A stretch of 64,000 nt of DNA from NCBI GenBank assembly GCA_951406725.2, contig OX597821.1:41850001-41914000 (forward strand). The letters are read 5' to 3'. The notes under the pieces are model-generated. The model was not told where the DNA came from. It searched no databases and was given only the letters and a program-made list of their open reading frames with translations. A program made the position numbers and the translations under genes. The DNA comes from Octopus vulgaris. Lineage: Eukaryota. This document shows, in pieces, positions 12,373-23,868 of this stretch (the stretch's first letter is position 1; each line of letters starts with the position of its first letter).

Positions 12373-14079
12373 AGTAATCATGTCTAAACTATGGCTGTGC
12401 GGTAGACATTCAGTTCCCAACCATATGTTCACAGGTTCAGTTCCACAGCATGGTACTTTGGCAATTTGTAGTTCTACTATAGCCCCGGGTCAACCAAAGC
12501 CCTGTGAGTGGATTTGGTAGATGAAAACTGATCAAAAACCATCATATGTGTGTGTGTGTGTGTGTCCTTTAACACATCTGTTAAAATGGAGTTTCACTGT
12601 CACAGAACCAGTGACACTCACTTTCATTCTCCTGTGAAAACATGTCCAACCACCAGGAACCATTATATGGCCTAAAAACAGGTAAGGGTTGCATCTGACC
12701 ATATAAGGTCATTCAGCCCCAGAAAACCTGACCCATGCAAGCACATTAAATGATGATGGTGATCAGGGGGAAAATGTTTTTCTTTTCTCATCTGGATTTT
12801 CAGAGATGTTTTTTGGTCTGTGAAAATGGTCTTTCTTTCCAGTTCCAATGGTGTTAAAAAGAGATGAGAGACAAACCTCTTCCTGGATAAACTGCCACGT
12901 AACAAACCATTGGTCAGTTTTACAGGGCAGCCACAGTTTACTGCAATGATATATAACCTTTGTGTTATAAACCAATGAGGAATTTTTTATGTGGTCACTC
13001 ACCATGTGAGAAATGGCAGCAAAATGTCCTTCGAATCACATCTCAGAAAAACAAGAGGCACAATGTCTAATGGAACCTTAAATAGACAGGAGGGTAAAGG
13101 GATGGAAGGAATGTGTTTTGGTCATAGGCCTGCTGGTTTAGAGCTGACCTGGGGTTAAATAACAATCACTTGTGTTACCAACTTAAAGTTAAGCCAATAA
13201 TAAGAGAAGGGAAGCAACTGCTATGTTCTGGCAAAGTCCATCTTGGTCAACTTCACTAAGATCTACAGGCAGAGACAGTGACACAAAAGGCAATGAATGG
13301 AGACAGGGTATCAGATTCAGATGGTCAGATTGTCTCCATATAATTCCTTATTTTATGCTGGTGTGTGTGCAGGATGGTAGGTACCATACTTAGCTAGGTG
13401 GCAGCACTAACAACAATATACCTGAAAATTACACTTGATTATTGTCAAATACCTGAGTCTTTTTAAAATTATCCAATCAGAGACTGGCTTTGGGTAACTA
13501 ACATTCTGTTTCTTTATTACCCACAAGGGGCTAAACATAGAAGGGACAAACAAGGACAGACAAACGGATTAAGTCGATTATATCGACCCCAGTGTGTAAC
13601 TGGTACTTATTTAATCGACCCCGAAAGGATGAAAGGCAAAGTCAACCTCGGCGGATTTTGAACTCAGAATGTAGCAGCAGACGAAACACCACTAAGCATT
13701 TCGCCCAGATCTGGAAGACTGACACTAAATCATCATCATTTTAACATCCATTGTCCATGCTGGCATGGTTTGGACAGTTGTTGTTGTTGTTGTTAAGCAA
13801 CAAGATGGGTAAGGGTGATTAGGTGATGGTCTAGGGCTTAGGGGCGGGAGACCCCAGACCATGGAAAAAAAAAACTTTGGTCGTCTTGTTGAAGTCAAGG
13901 GCTCTTTGTTGACGCCTGACACCACTGGGAGATGGCCCTTGCAGGACAGTAGGTACCATACTCAGCTAGGTGGCAGCACTAACAACAATATACCTGAAAA
14001 TTACACTTGATTATTGTCAAATACCTGAGTCTTTTAAAAATTATCCAATCAGAGACTGGCTTTGGGTACCTGACATTCC

Positions 14080-14460
14080 ATCATGCCAACAACCACTTTG
14101 AACACTTTTTTCAGCTCCGTGTGTCTAACACATGTGGGCATGTCTACAAGGTCAGAAAACAGCACAGCTCCAATGACTTTCGGAAACAGTTTTTCACACC
14201 CAGAGTTGCTGAAGCATGGAACAAACTACCTGCATCAGTTGTAAGCTACTGAGACATTGCATCCTTTAAAACATCATTGCTTCCTGAAATTTGCCAACAC
14301 TACACCTGATGTTCCTCACCTCCATATGCATGCACACATGTATATCATGACTCATACACTGTTCACTTTCCTGACTTTTGTACATAATTCTATGTACTGT
14401 ACATGCACTTTTAATGAGTTGCAGTGTACCCGAGCACTGTACACAGTAATTTCATTATTA
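14080..14460 (+). mobile_element. CR1-group LINE 3' fragment
   Basis: SNTCGHVYKVRK...FRKQFFTPRVAEAWNKLPASVV matches the CR1 C-terminal TRGH...FF..RV...WN.LP..VV motif; (ATT)n tail. Confidence 0.75.
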
Positions 14461-14965
14461 TTATTATGATGACAAGGGTTCTGGTGGCTTTGATCAACAG
14501 AACAGCCTGCTCATTAAATGAACATATAAGTGGCTCAGACATTCATACCATTGATGAAGTTCTGAGGGACATTCACCATGACACAAAAAGTGACATGGTT
14601 GGCCCATTTGAATTACAGGTACTCCTCATTTTTGTCAGGAGCAATGTGAAATAAAGTGTCTTGTTCAAGGACACATTGTGTCCATGAGAACTGAACTCAC
14701 AACATTACAATTGTTAGCCAAATGCCCAAACCACTAAGCCATGTTCTTTCACTTTGGGGTAACAACAACGACAACAACAACAAGTTAAAGCCAGACAGCC
14801 TCATTCTTTCAGTGACACAGAGTCTTGATTACAGACAGAACAGGGTCAGTGACAAGACACAAGCCAGTGCACTCTCAACTGGCCAACTGTGACACTAAGA
14901 ACTCAGCCAACCATATCATTTAAACAAAACAAATTAAAATAGAAGAAAAAACACATAGAATTCAC

Positions 14966-15032
14966 CTTTTAGAGAATGTATCTTCCAAATGCTAACCAAC
15001 AGTGATATGTTATTGTTTGTGTTAAAAACTGC
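14966..15032 (-). CDS. Ctr/SLC31 copper transporter, upstream coding exon (pre-TM1 segment)
   Basis: 67-nt exon after a long pyrimidine tract (ttttctattttacAG), donor AG/GTgaat. Reads AVFNTNNNISLLVSIWKIHSLK(A), matching the Ctr F......LLF..W.I segment. The three exons total 67+106+394 = 567 nt, one open frame ending in the stop. Confidence 0.85.
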
Positions 15033-15415
15033 CTGTAAAATAGAAAAAAAACAAAAACAGAAAAGGTTAAATAAATTTCAAATATTCTTAAATAATAAAT
15101 AATTCTGTTTTTTATCAAATTTAAACAAATATCTTTTGCATAGTCTGTAATTTTTTTTCTTCCCATTTTATTTATTTATTTTTTGTTTTACTCAAATTTC
15201 ACTGGTTGTGCATTTGTTCAACTGTCTTCTGTAAATCTAAACAAACCCAGCAATACACTTACTGTTGACTCAGCACTGAGCAGTGCATTGCACTTACCCT
15301 TAATATACAATGACAAGTTCACTGGCAAGGAGAGACTCACACAACAAAAGGGAAAACATAAGGTGCAGATGGAATGTTTTTGTGAGGTTACCAGGGATTG
15401 TTTCAATGAATGTAT

Positions 15416-15475
<60 letters not shown>

Positions 15476-17721
15476 CGAAGGGGTGCTGTGTTTAGACATA
15501 GGCATGGCTGTACATAGGCAAGCAACAGTGTCCATGTGGTTAATTTAATTAGTTCATTAGCCAACATGTTTTGGAGGTCCGGTCCTGCTGCATAGCACAC
15601 TAGGAAAGTGTCTTCTACTACAGTCCAGGGCCGACCAAAACCTTGTGCTCGGATCTGGTAGACTGACACTAAATCATCATCATCATCGTCATCATCATCA
15701 TGTTAACATCCATTGTCCATGCTGGCATGGGTTGGACAGTTGTTGTTGTTGTTAAGCAACAATACAGGTAAGAGTGATTAGGTGATGGTCTAGGGCTTAG
15801 GGGCGGGAGACCCCAGACCGTGGAAAAAAAAAACTTTGGTCGTCTTGTTGTAGTCGAGGGCTCTTTGTTGACGCCTGACACCACTGGGAGATGGCCCTTG
15901 AAGTCGCTGGAAATGGATATCTCCAGGTCCAAATTCTTGAACGGCGGTTGGACAGTTTGAGCAGAGCTGGTAAACTAAGGGGCTGCACCAGACTCCAGTC
16001 TGATTTGGTATCGTTTTCTGCAGCTGGATGCCCTTCCAAATCCCAACCACTCTGACAATGTAATAAGTGCTTTTACTTACCACCAGCACGAGTGCCAGTT
16101 GCATAACATCAATATCTGCCACACAACTGGCACTCGTGCCACTGGCACAATTACTAATGCAATATAATATAATGGACTTCCTTCAGTTTCTCTCTACTAA
16201 ATCCATTCACAAGGCTTAGTCTTGAGACTATATTAGAAGACACCAAATGTGATGAGCAGTAAAACCATAGCAAAGACTACATAGGAAGCTAGCTTTTCAG
16301 TCACAGAGCCATACCTGTGACTATGACTATGCTTGTCCCTATCAAATGCCATACAACCTAAGTTTTTGATTCCTTAAAACCATCTCTGCTTCAGGAGGGT
16401 GACTCGCAGTTAGCAAAAGGAAATTCAGACAAGCTCCTTAGGAGAAGTGGGGACAATGTCAAGAAGCAAGAATTCTCTAAAGATGAAATGCCATTAAGGA
16501 AACAAGACAGGTTTATTGTCTGGAGATAAGAGGACAGTGATGGGTATACGTTTCTGCCTCAAAAGACATCATCAGCACAACTATTGACACCAACAGCCAA
16601 ATGTGTGTATGTGTGTGTGCGTGTGTGTGTGTGTGTGTGTGTATGTTTCCTTGTCTTGACATCACATGACCGTTGTAAATGAATTTCCAGTCTCCCACAA
16701 AGCCATGTCCGGCCAAAGGATAAGATACCTTACTTGAAGATAGGTGAGGGTAGGTGACAGGAAGAGCATGCAGCTGTAGACACTCTGCCTCAACAAATTC
16801 CGTCCAACCCATGCAAGCATGGAAAAGCAGACGTTAACATGATGATGATACTGTCAGATGATCAGTGTCCAACTCCAAGACAATAAATATACACAGGGTT
16901 TTATGTCGTAAATTATTTGGCCTGCATGATTAGCAGTTAATAAGCTAAAATTAATAAATAAAGTGAAGCTTGTGAAATTGTCCCTGCAATTTTACAATGT
17001 TTGGTAGAATGTGGTGCAGTGAGCTGGCAGAATTGTTAGCATGTCGGACATAATGCTTAGCGGCATTTCATCTGTCTTTACATTCTGTGTTCAAATCCCA
17101 CCGAGGTTGACTTTTCCTTCCATCCTTTCGGGGATGATAAAATAAGGACCAGTCTAATACTGGGGTCAATGTAATTGACTTACTCCCTTCCCCCAAAATT
17201 GCTGGCCTTGTGCCAAAATTTGAAACCATTATGACAATCTGCTCACCATCCTGACCATGATGGGGTTTGAATTCGGAATGTAAAGTGCAAGGAGAAATGC
17301 CACAAAACATTTTGTGCAAGGGAAGGAGGAGGACTGTGTCAGTGATGACAATGAGGGGGAAGAGGAGGAGGAAGAGGAAAGAGGAAGAGGAGGAAGAGGA
17401 AGTGGAAGAGGAGGAAGAGGAGGTGGAAGTGGAAGAGGAGGAAGAGGAAGAAGAAGAGGAAGGAGAGGAGGACAACAGAGACAATACCAAGAAGACAATA
17501 ATGATTCTCTTAAAACTCCATCAAAATTGAAATATTACAAATGTACAAGAACGTCAGTCCTTGGACTGTGGTTTCTTTTCCCTACAATATATCATTGCTA
17601 ATCATAAATGATATCCGTAGTAAAAAGTCCAACTTGCTGTTACTTTAGGTCTCTGGGTGAAACATGGTACAGCTCATAAAAGACAAAGCAGCAATAATGT
17701 AAATAATAATAATAATAATCT

Positions 17722-18003
17722 AGCTCAGATACTAGGAAACTCCAAATGGCAGAAATTCAAAAGATAGTGCTCATGGGAACTGCCCATATCCTACGCAAAA
17801 TACTTTCTATGTAATCTCAAGTTTTAAAACAAACACATAATTTTCTTATGGTTTCTTAAACATTCTCTAGAGCAGGATGTACAAAACCAAATATATGGCA
17901 CCCTAGGCATAACACCAACATGAACTTCTAACTTCTTGTCTCTTGAGGTCTCTGGGTGAGACTTGGAGCCAACTTGTACAAATGTAAAGCAAAAGTCAAA
18001 CAT
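17722..18003 (+). mobile_element. Dong/R4-clade non-LTR 3' end inserted in (TAA)n
   Basis: MAEIQKIVLMGTAHILRKILSM* (stop 17812-17814) matches the Dong/R4 terminal QK..L.GTA.ILR motif; flanked on both sides by (TAA)n, the known Dong target. Confidence 0.7.
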
Positions 18004-18092
18004 ATAATAATAATAATAATAATAATATAGGACTGAGGTAACTCCTCCAGAAGAAATAGAAACAAAATTAGAAGAGTGCCATTGTTATCAAG

Positions 18093-18133
18093 TGAACGAT
18101 ATTTCGACATCTTGTGTGTCTTCCACAGGTTCA
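18093..18133 (-). ncRNA. Minimal type I hammerhead-like fold with A6U core variant (second family)
   Basis: Minus strand reads UGAAC-CUGUGGA-A-GACA[CACAAGA]UGUC-GAAA-UA-UC-GUUCA; stem I and stem II pair perfectly. Confidence 0.65.
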
Positions 18134-18314
18134 AAAAATAAACTTGCCAATCTACTTCATTTTGGTTAATATATATATATAGGCACAATTCTATTTTTAC
18201 TTCTATATCTTCTGGAGGAGTTACCTCAGTCCTATCATCATCATCATCATCATTTAGCATCCGTTTTCCATGCTAGCATTAACCAAAATGAAGTAGATTG
18301 ACAAGTTTATTTTT

Positions 18315-18355
18315 TGAACCTGTGGAAAACACACAAGATGTCGAAATATCGTTCA
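18315..18355 (+). ncRNA. Inverted partner copy of the 18093-18133 hammerhead-like fold
   Basis: UGAAC-CUGUGGA-A-AACA[CACAAGA]UGUC-GAAA-UA-UC-GUUCA; one substitution in stem II. Confidence 0.6.
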
Positions 18356-18389
18356 CTTGATAACAATGGCACTCTTTTATTTTTGCTTC

Positions 18390-18429
<40 letters not shown>

Positions 18430-18906
18430 CCTTTCTACTAAAGGAACAAGAGCTGAAATTTGAGGAGGAGAGGGGACAAATCGATTACATCAACCCCAGT
18501 GTTTCATTATTACTTAATTTATGTAGAGGCGCATGGCTTGGTGGTTAAGGTGTTGAACTCATGATCGTAAGGTTGTGGTTTCGATTCCTGGACCGGGCGA
18601 TGCGTTGTGTTCTTGAGCAAAACACTTCATTTCATGTTGCTCCTGTCCACTCAGCAGGCAAAAATGAATAATCCTGCGACGGACCGGCGTCCCGTCCAGG
18701 TGGGGAATTTCTACGCCACTGAAACCGGAAACCGGCCCTTATGAGCCTGGCATAACTCAAGAAGGAACATTTTTCTTTTTTTATTTTTAATTTATGGACC
18801 CAAAAGGATGAAAGATAAAGTCAGAATTTGAACTCAGAACATAGTGATGGCCGAAATACTGCTAAGCATTTCGTCAGTGTGCTAATGATTCTGCCAGCTT
18901 GCCACC

Positions 18907-18949
<43 letters not shown>

Positions 18950-19466
18950 TAATAATTTCTTTTTATTAGCCACAGGGACATACATGAGAGGGAAATCACA
19001 AAGGCAGACAACAATTTTTGTGGGGATTAAGAAAAAGGGTGGGTGAGAAAGAAATGGAAAAGAGAGTGAAATGCATTAAAAGTATACATACGAAGTGATA
19101 ACATGAATGATGTAATCCTCCTGATTAAAGGAGAAATTCCAACTAGGGTCAATCAAGGAACCCCACAGATCCACGGCTACTCTGACCACCAAAAATTCTG
19201 ATCCTTCTCTCTTGCTCTCCAATATACATGTGCAGGTTTAGTGTAGGGCCATTCACTCTAAACCATTTTTGCCACAGTCATCCATCTTTTCACAAATTCA
19301 CTGGGAGCTAGAACTTCCCTCTCCCTCCTCATTTTACATTCCAGGTGAAGCTTGACCGAAGAGGAAGGTGTCTTCCCTTAATCTTCTCAGCCTTGTGCTC
19401 CACACAACCTCTTTCGCCAAAGCCCTGGGCTATAGTAATGAGACATTACGTGCTATAAAAGTAATT

Positions 19467-19858
19467 TCTATATATATATAAAGCTGAAGTTGTCTGTGTA
19501 TGGCAGGTTTGGTAGCCTTCAACTAACACTATCTCCTCCGAGACCCTGCAGCACAAGTTGACCAAAATTGAGAGTATGATAGAAGAAGGCTTGCTGTTCC
19601 TTCCGTAGAAGATAAAATTCAAATTGAACCATGTCAACACCAAAAATTATTTACATAAAAAAGGTGCTTTTTTTCTATGAAAATCCCTATTTTTTACGAT
19701 TTTTTGACTGCTGTGTCGCCATTTTTCGGTGTATTTCAACCAGAAAAATGTTCACTTAAAGAGAATAACAAGCTACATAATGCAAATTTCTTACTTTTCA
19801 AAAATTCCAATTCTAAAGGGTCAAAACAAACCCGGGCAATGCTGGGCGATACTGCTAG
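19467..19858 (+). mobile_element. Non-autonomous Helitron
   Basis: Same family as 33585-33968; 3' hairpin cccgggcaatgctggg followed by CTAG|T. Confidence 0.8.
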
Positions 19859-20279
19859 TACAGAGAAAAAAATGTGACACACACACACAAGAACAACGTG
19901 TTTGAAAGACAAGGAGGGAGACTTTAGGATTAACCAATAAACATTTAAAAGTATTTGATTGTGTGTGGAGAGAGAAAATCTGAAATGATATCAGAAGACA
20001 CACGAATAAGGGAGGTAACTGCGGTTAGACTTAAATGCAATGCAATTCTAACAAGTTTAATATTTTTTTATATTTCTTGCCATTATTTTTGTTATTTTTT
20101 TGTCCCATTCCCCACCCCTGCCTCCACTCCAAATATTTCTGGAGGGCAAATTGCTAATAAAAACAAGCACTAAGCTACAAAAGTGTTTAAAACTTCATAT
20201 AAGTTAATGAGAAATATGGTTTGTTGGAGATGACGTTTGCAATTAAAATTTAACAGAGAAAAATATCAACACGACCGTT

Positions 20280-20410
20280 ATTAAGAAATTTATAATTGTG
20301 GACATCGTTCACTGCGTGTATACTACGTTCACGCATGCGCAGACATTCACGTGACTGCATTTTCTTAAACCTGTTTTTTCTTAAGTAAAAAGCGATTTCT
20401 GTAGAAAATA
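20280..20410 (-). promoter_or_regulatory. Putative promoter of the Ctr gene (NRF1-like and CLEAR/E-box motifs)
   Basis: CpG-containing unique sequence with CACGCATGCGCA (20330-20341, NRF1-like) beside TCACGTGAC (20347-20355). Lies where the CpG-depleted zone covering the Ctr exons ends. Confidence 0.5.
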
Positions 20411-21924
20411 TCCGTCTTTAAACATGTTGGATTCTTAGAACACACACACACACACGCGCACACACACACACGCACAAACACACACACACACACACACGCA
20501 CGCACACACACACGCACAAACACGCGCGCACACAAACACACACACACACATGCACGCACTCACGCACAGTCCTACACACAGGTACACACGCATGCATGCA
20601 TGCACACACGCACATACATAACTATATATTTTTTTAGTGGTTTCAGTCATTAGACTGCGGCCATGATAGAGCATCGCCTAGAAGGGTTTGGACGAATGAA
20701 TAGTCCGTTTTGTTGCATCGCTAAGTTATGTGGAACGCAAACAAACCAACATCGCCGGCTGTCAAGCAGTTGAGGAACAAACACGAAGACGCACGCTCAC
20801 ACATACACACACACTCAGTCGCTCACACACACACATACATACATACATACATACATACATACATACATACATACATACATACATACATACATACATACAT
20901 ACACGAAAGGTTTCCACACAGTTTCCGACTACCAGATTCGCTCACAAGTTATTGGTCGACCTGGGGCTATGACTATAGTAAAAGACACTTGCTCAAGCTA
21001 CCGGGCAATGAGATGAAAACCAAAACCAAGTCGTTGTGAAGCGAACTTCTCAAGTCTGTGTGTGTGTTTTGTGTTTGTCCCCCTCAGCATCGCTTGGCAA
21101 CTAGTGTTGGTTTATTTACAACCTCGTAACTTAGCAGTTCGACCAAAATAGACTGATAAAAATAAATACTAAGGTTGATTTGTTTAACTAAAACCCTTCA
21201 AGGCGGTGCTCCAGTATGACCACAATCCAATGACTGAAACAAGGAGAAGATATAAAAGATGAAAGAGAGGCTGTGTGGTAAGTAGCTTGCTTGCCAACCT
21301 CATGGTTCCGGGATCAGTTCCACAGCGTGGCACTTTGGACAAGTGTCTTCTGCTATAACCTCAGGCCGACCAAATCATTGTGAGTAGATTTGGTAGACGG
21401 AAACAGAAAGAAGCCTGTCGTATATATATGTATGTATGTGTATGTCTGAGTTTCTCCCTCCACCATCGCTTGACAAACGATGTTGGTGTGTTTACGTCCC
21501 CGTGACTTAGCGGTTCGGCAAAAGATACCCGATAGAATAAGTACTAGGCTTACAAAGAATAAGTCCTGGGGTTGATTTGTTCCACTAAAGGCAGTGCTCC
21601 AGCATGGCCGCAGTTAAATGACTGAAACAAGCGAAAGAGTAAACTTACTTCTCCAGTTTCACTTCTCGTTTGAAAGATATCTGTAACTGAATAACCGTAA
21701 TTACAACTAATTAACTTAGCTAATTTACTCTGCTGCTCTTTTAAAATTTTGAATACGGCTAAGGAGTGCCCAGTGTTACCTTTCTGAAACCCACAAGGGT
21801 CCGCATACTTCAGGATGGAATCTGCTGGTCAGTTTCAATGGCAAAATGTTGGGAAATGCTGAGAGACAACTCGTTACATCGACCCTAGTATTTGGCTGGT
21901 ACTTTGTTTTATTGACCTCGAAAG

Positions 21925-22331
21925 GACGAAAGGCAAGGTCAACTTCGGCAGGATGTGAACTTACAACGTAAACAGCCGGAAGAAATGTTGCTCGGCATTT
22001 TGGTCCGACTCGCTTATGATTCTGCTAATGCATTACTCTGAACAGTGTTTCTAATTTAGGCACAACGGCTGGAGTTTTGAGAGAAGAGTTTTGTCAATTA
22101 CACAGACCTCATTATTTCACTGGTACTTTGAAAGACAAGGTCAACTTCGGCAGGATGTGAACTTAGAACGTAAACAGCCAGAAGAAATGTTGCTCGGCAT
22201 TTTGTCCGACTCGCTTATGATTCTGCTAATGCATTACTCTAAACAGTGTTTCTAATTTAGGCACAACGGCTGGAGTTTTGAGAGAAGAGTTTTGTCAATT
22301 ACACAGACCCCCCATTATTTCACTGGTACTT
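21925..22331. repeat. About 200-bp tandem duplication of SINE-derived sequence
   Basis: gaaaggcaaggtcaacttcggcaggatgtgaac...ttatttcactggtacttt occurs twice head-to-tail. Confidence 0.85.
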
Positions 22332-22479
22332 TGGTTTACCAATCCTAAAGGAATGAAAGACAATGTTTATTTTGACAAGATAAACCTTGAACTAAGAAAA
22401 TAAAGAACCAGGTAAAAATAATAATGTTCTCTAACACAGGCCCAAGACCAGGACGGTTCGCATACAGTCACACGTACAT

Positions 22480-22700
22480 AGACGCAGATACTGAACCGCT
22501 GAACTCTACACAATATTTCTCTCCGTTTTATCCTTTTTTTTTTTTTCATTCTTTCCCCATTTTTTCCTCATTCCTTTCTGTCGAAAAACGTAGGCTCGAA
22601 ACGTAAAAGACTTTTCCATTTTTTCCGAGCGTTAAATTAATACACCTGTTTATTGTTTCTACACCTGTCATCGTCTTTTGTTTTTCTATAAATTTCAACA
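22480..22700 (+). mobile_element. Solo Penelope pLTR fragment with decayed hammerhead fold (22573-22610)
   Basis: CUUU-CUGUCGA-A-AAAC[GUAG]GCUC-GAAA-CG-UA-AAAG, and downstream sequence similar to 11313-11410. Confidence 0.65.
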
Positions 22701-23209
22701 ATATATATATATACACACATACACGTAGTGTGTCGATAGATACCGAAAGTAACATATTTGGAGCTATTAATCATATCTACTGGCATGTAGCTATTAATTA
22801 TGTTTTAAGGTGAAACATGTGAAGCCGCGTAAACTTAATTTACTTTCAATCACAGTAACCTAACTCAACTTTGAACCAGGGACATCTTGAGGGTCTCTGA
22901 GAAAACATAGGCAGGTTGTTTCTGTCTGTTCCAGAAATTACCATCTCATACACATACACTATAACTCTTCTCCCATGCCAGCTTCGGACTCTCTACTTTC
23001 TTCCTTCCACACACTCATTCACAGACTCCAGTAAGAATACGACACAAGAGAAACTTACAGTAGAAACAGACTGTTATTCATTATACGAACTTTTATTTTT
23101 TCCAATTCGTCGCAAATGTGTTTATTTACAAAACAATTGAATAAAATCTGCGATAACTTATTGACTATCTATCAGCACTTTCTTCAATACGTTCAGTAAT
23201 TTACTTACT

Positions 23210-23279
<70 letters not shown>

Positions 23280-23835
23280 CATATATGATATTATATTACA
23301 TTATATATATCTGCATGTGGGAGGGCTGTTTTATCGCTAGACAATATAACTTATATATCGTTTATATCTTTGTTTCAGCGTCGTTCTGTATGTTTTTATT
23401 TAATTTTCTTATATTTGTTTTATTATCATCTCCAATTTGCAACACGAACTTTATAGCCATTGTTGCTGTTGTTGCTATTGTTGTTGTAATTGCTATTATA
23501 TTCGCAATTGTGGTAATTTAGTTAACGATCTTACCTCCTCCACAACCACTACCTACGTTTATATATACGTAAACATCGTATATATTTACGACCAGCCTCC
23601 TCTATTCAGAAATGGTATTATCATAGTTGTATTATTTTCATATCTATCATCATCGGCATCATTATCACCACCACGACCATTATCAGCGCTAATAACAGCC
23701 GTTGGATGATTGGAATCAAAGGGATACAGTTACGCAACTCCATAAAGGAGTTAGTTGTAAATAAAGAGATGACACGCAGATATTTATACACACAGATTTT
23801 ACATGCTTACATACATATCAGCACATACGCTCTAT

Positions 23836-23868
<33 letters not shown>

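Noticed and set aside
15298-15321. 24-nt candidate micro-exon (ccttgccAG...AAGG|GTAAGT) upstream of exon 15032
   Set aside because: In the required frame it begins with TGA and supplies no Met, so it cannot be the coding predecessor.
17068-17601. ORFs with poly-Ser, poly-Glu or Gly-Arg runs
   Set aside because: Translations of a (GAG/GAA)n tract plus SINE pieces. The same applies to the many CV, HT, IY and YLSI ORFs from microsatellites.
20540-20610. Metal-response-element matches (TGCRCNC) near the Ctr promoter
   Set aside because: They lie inside a degenerate (CA)n tract, where such matches arise by chance.
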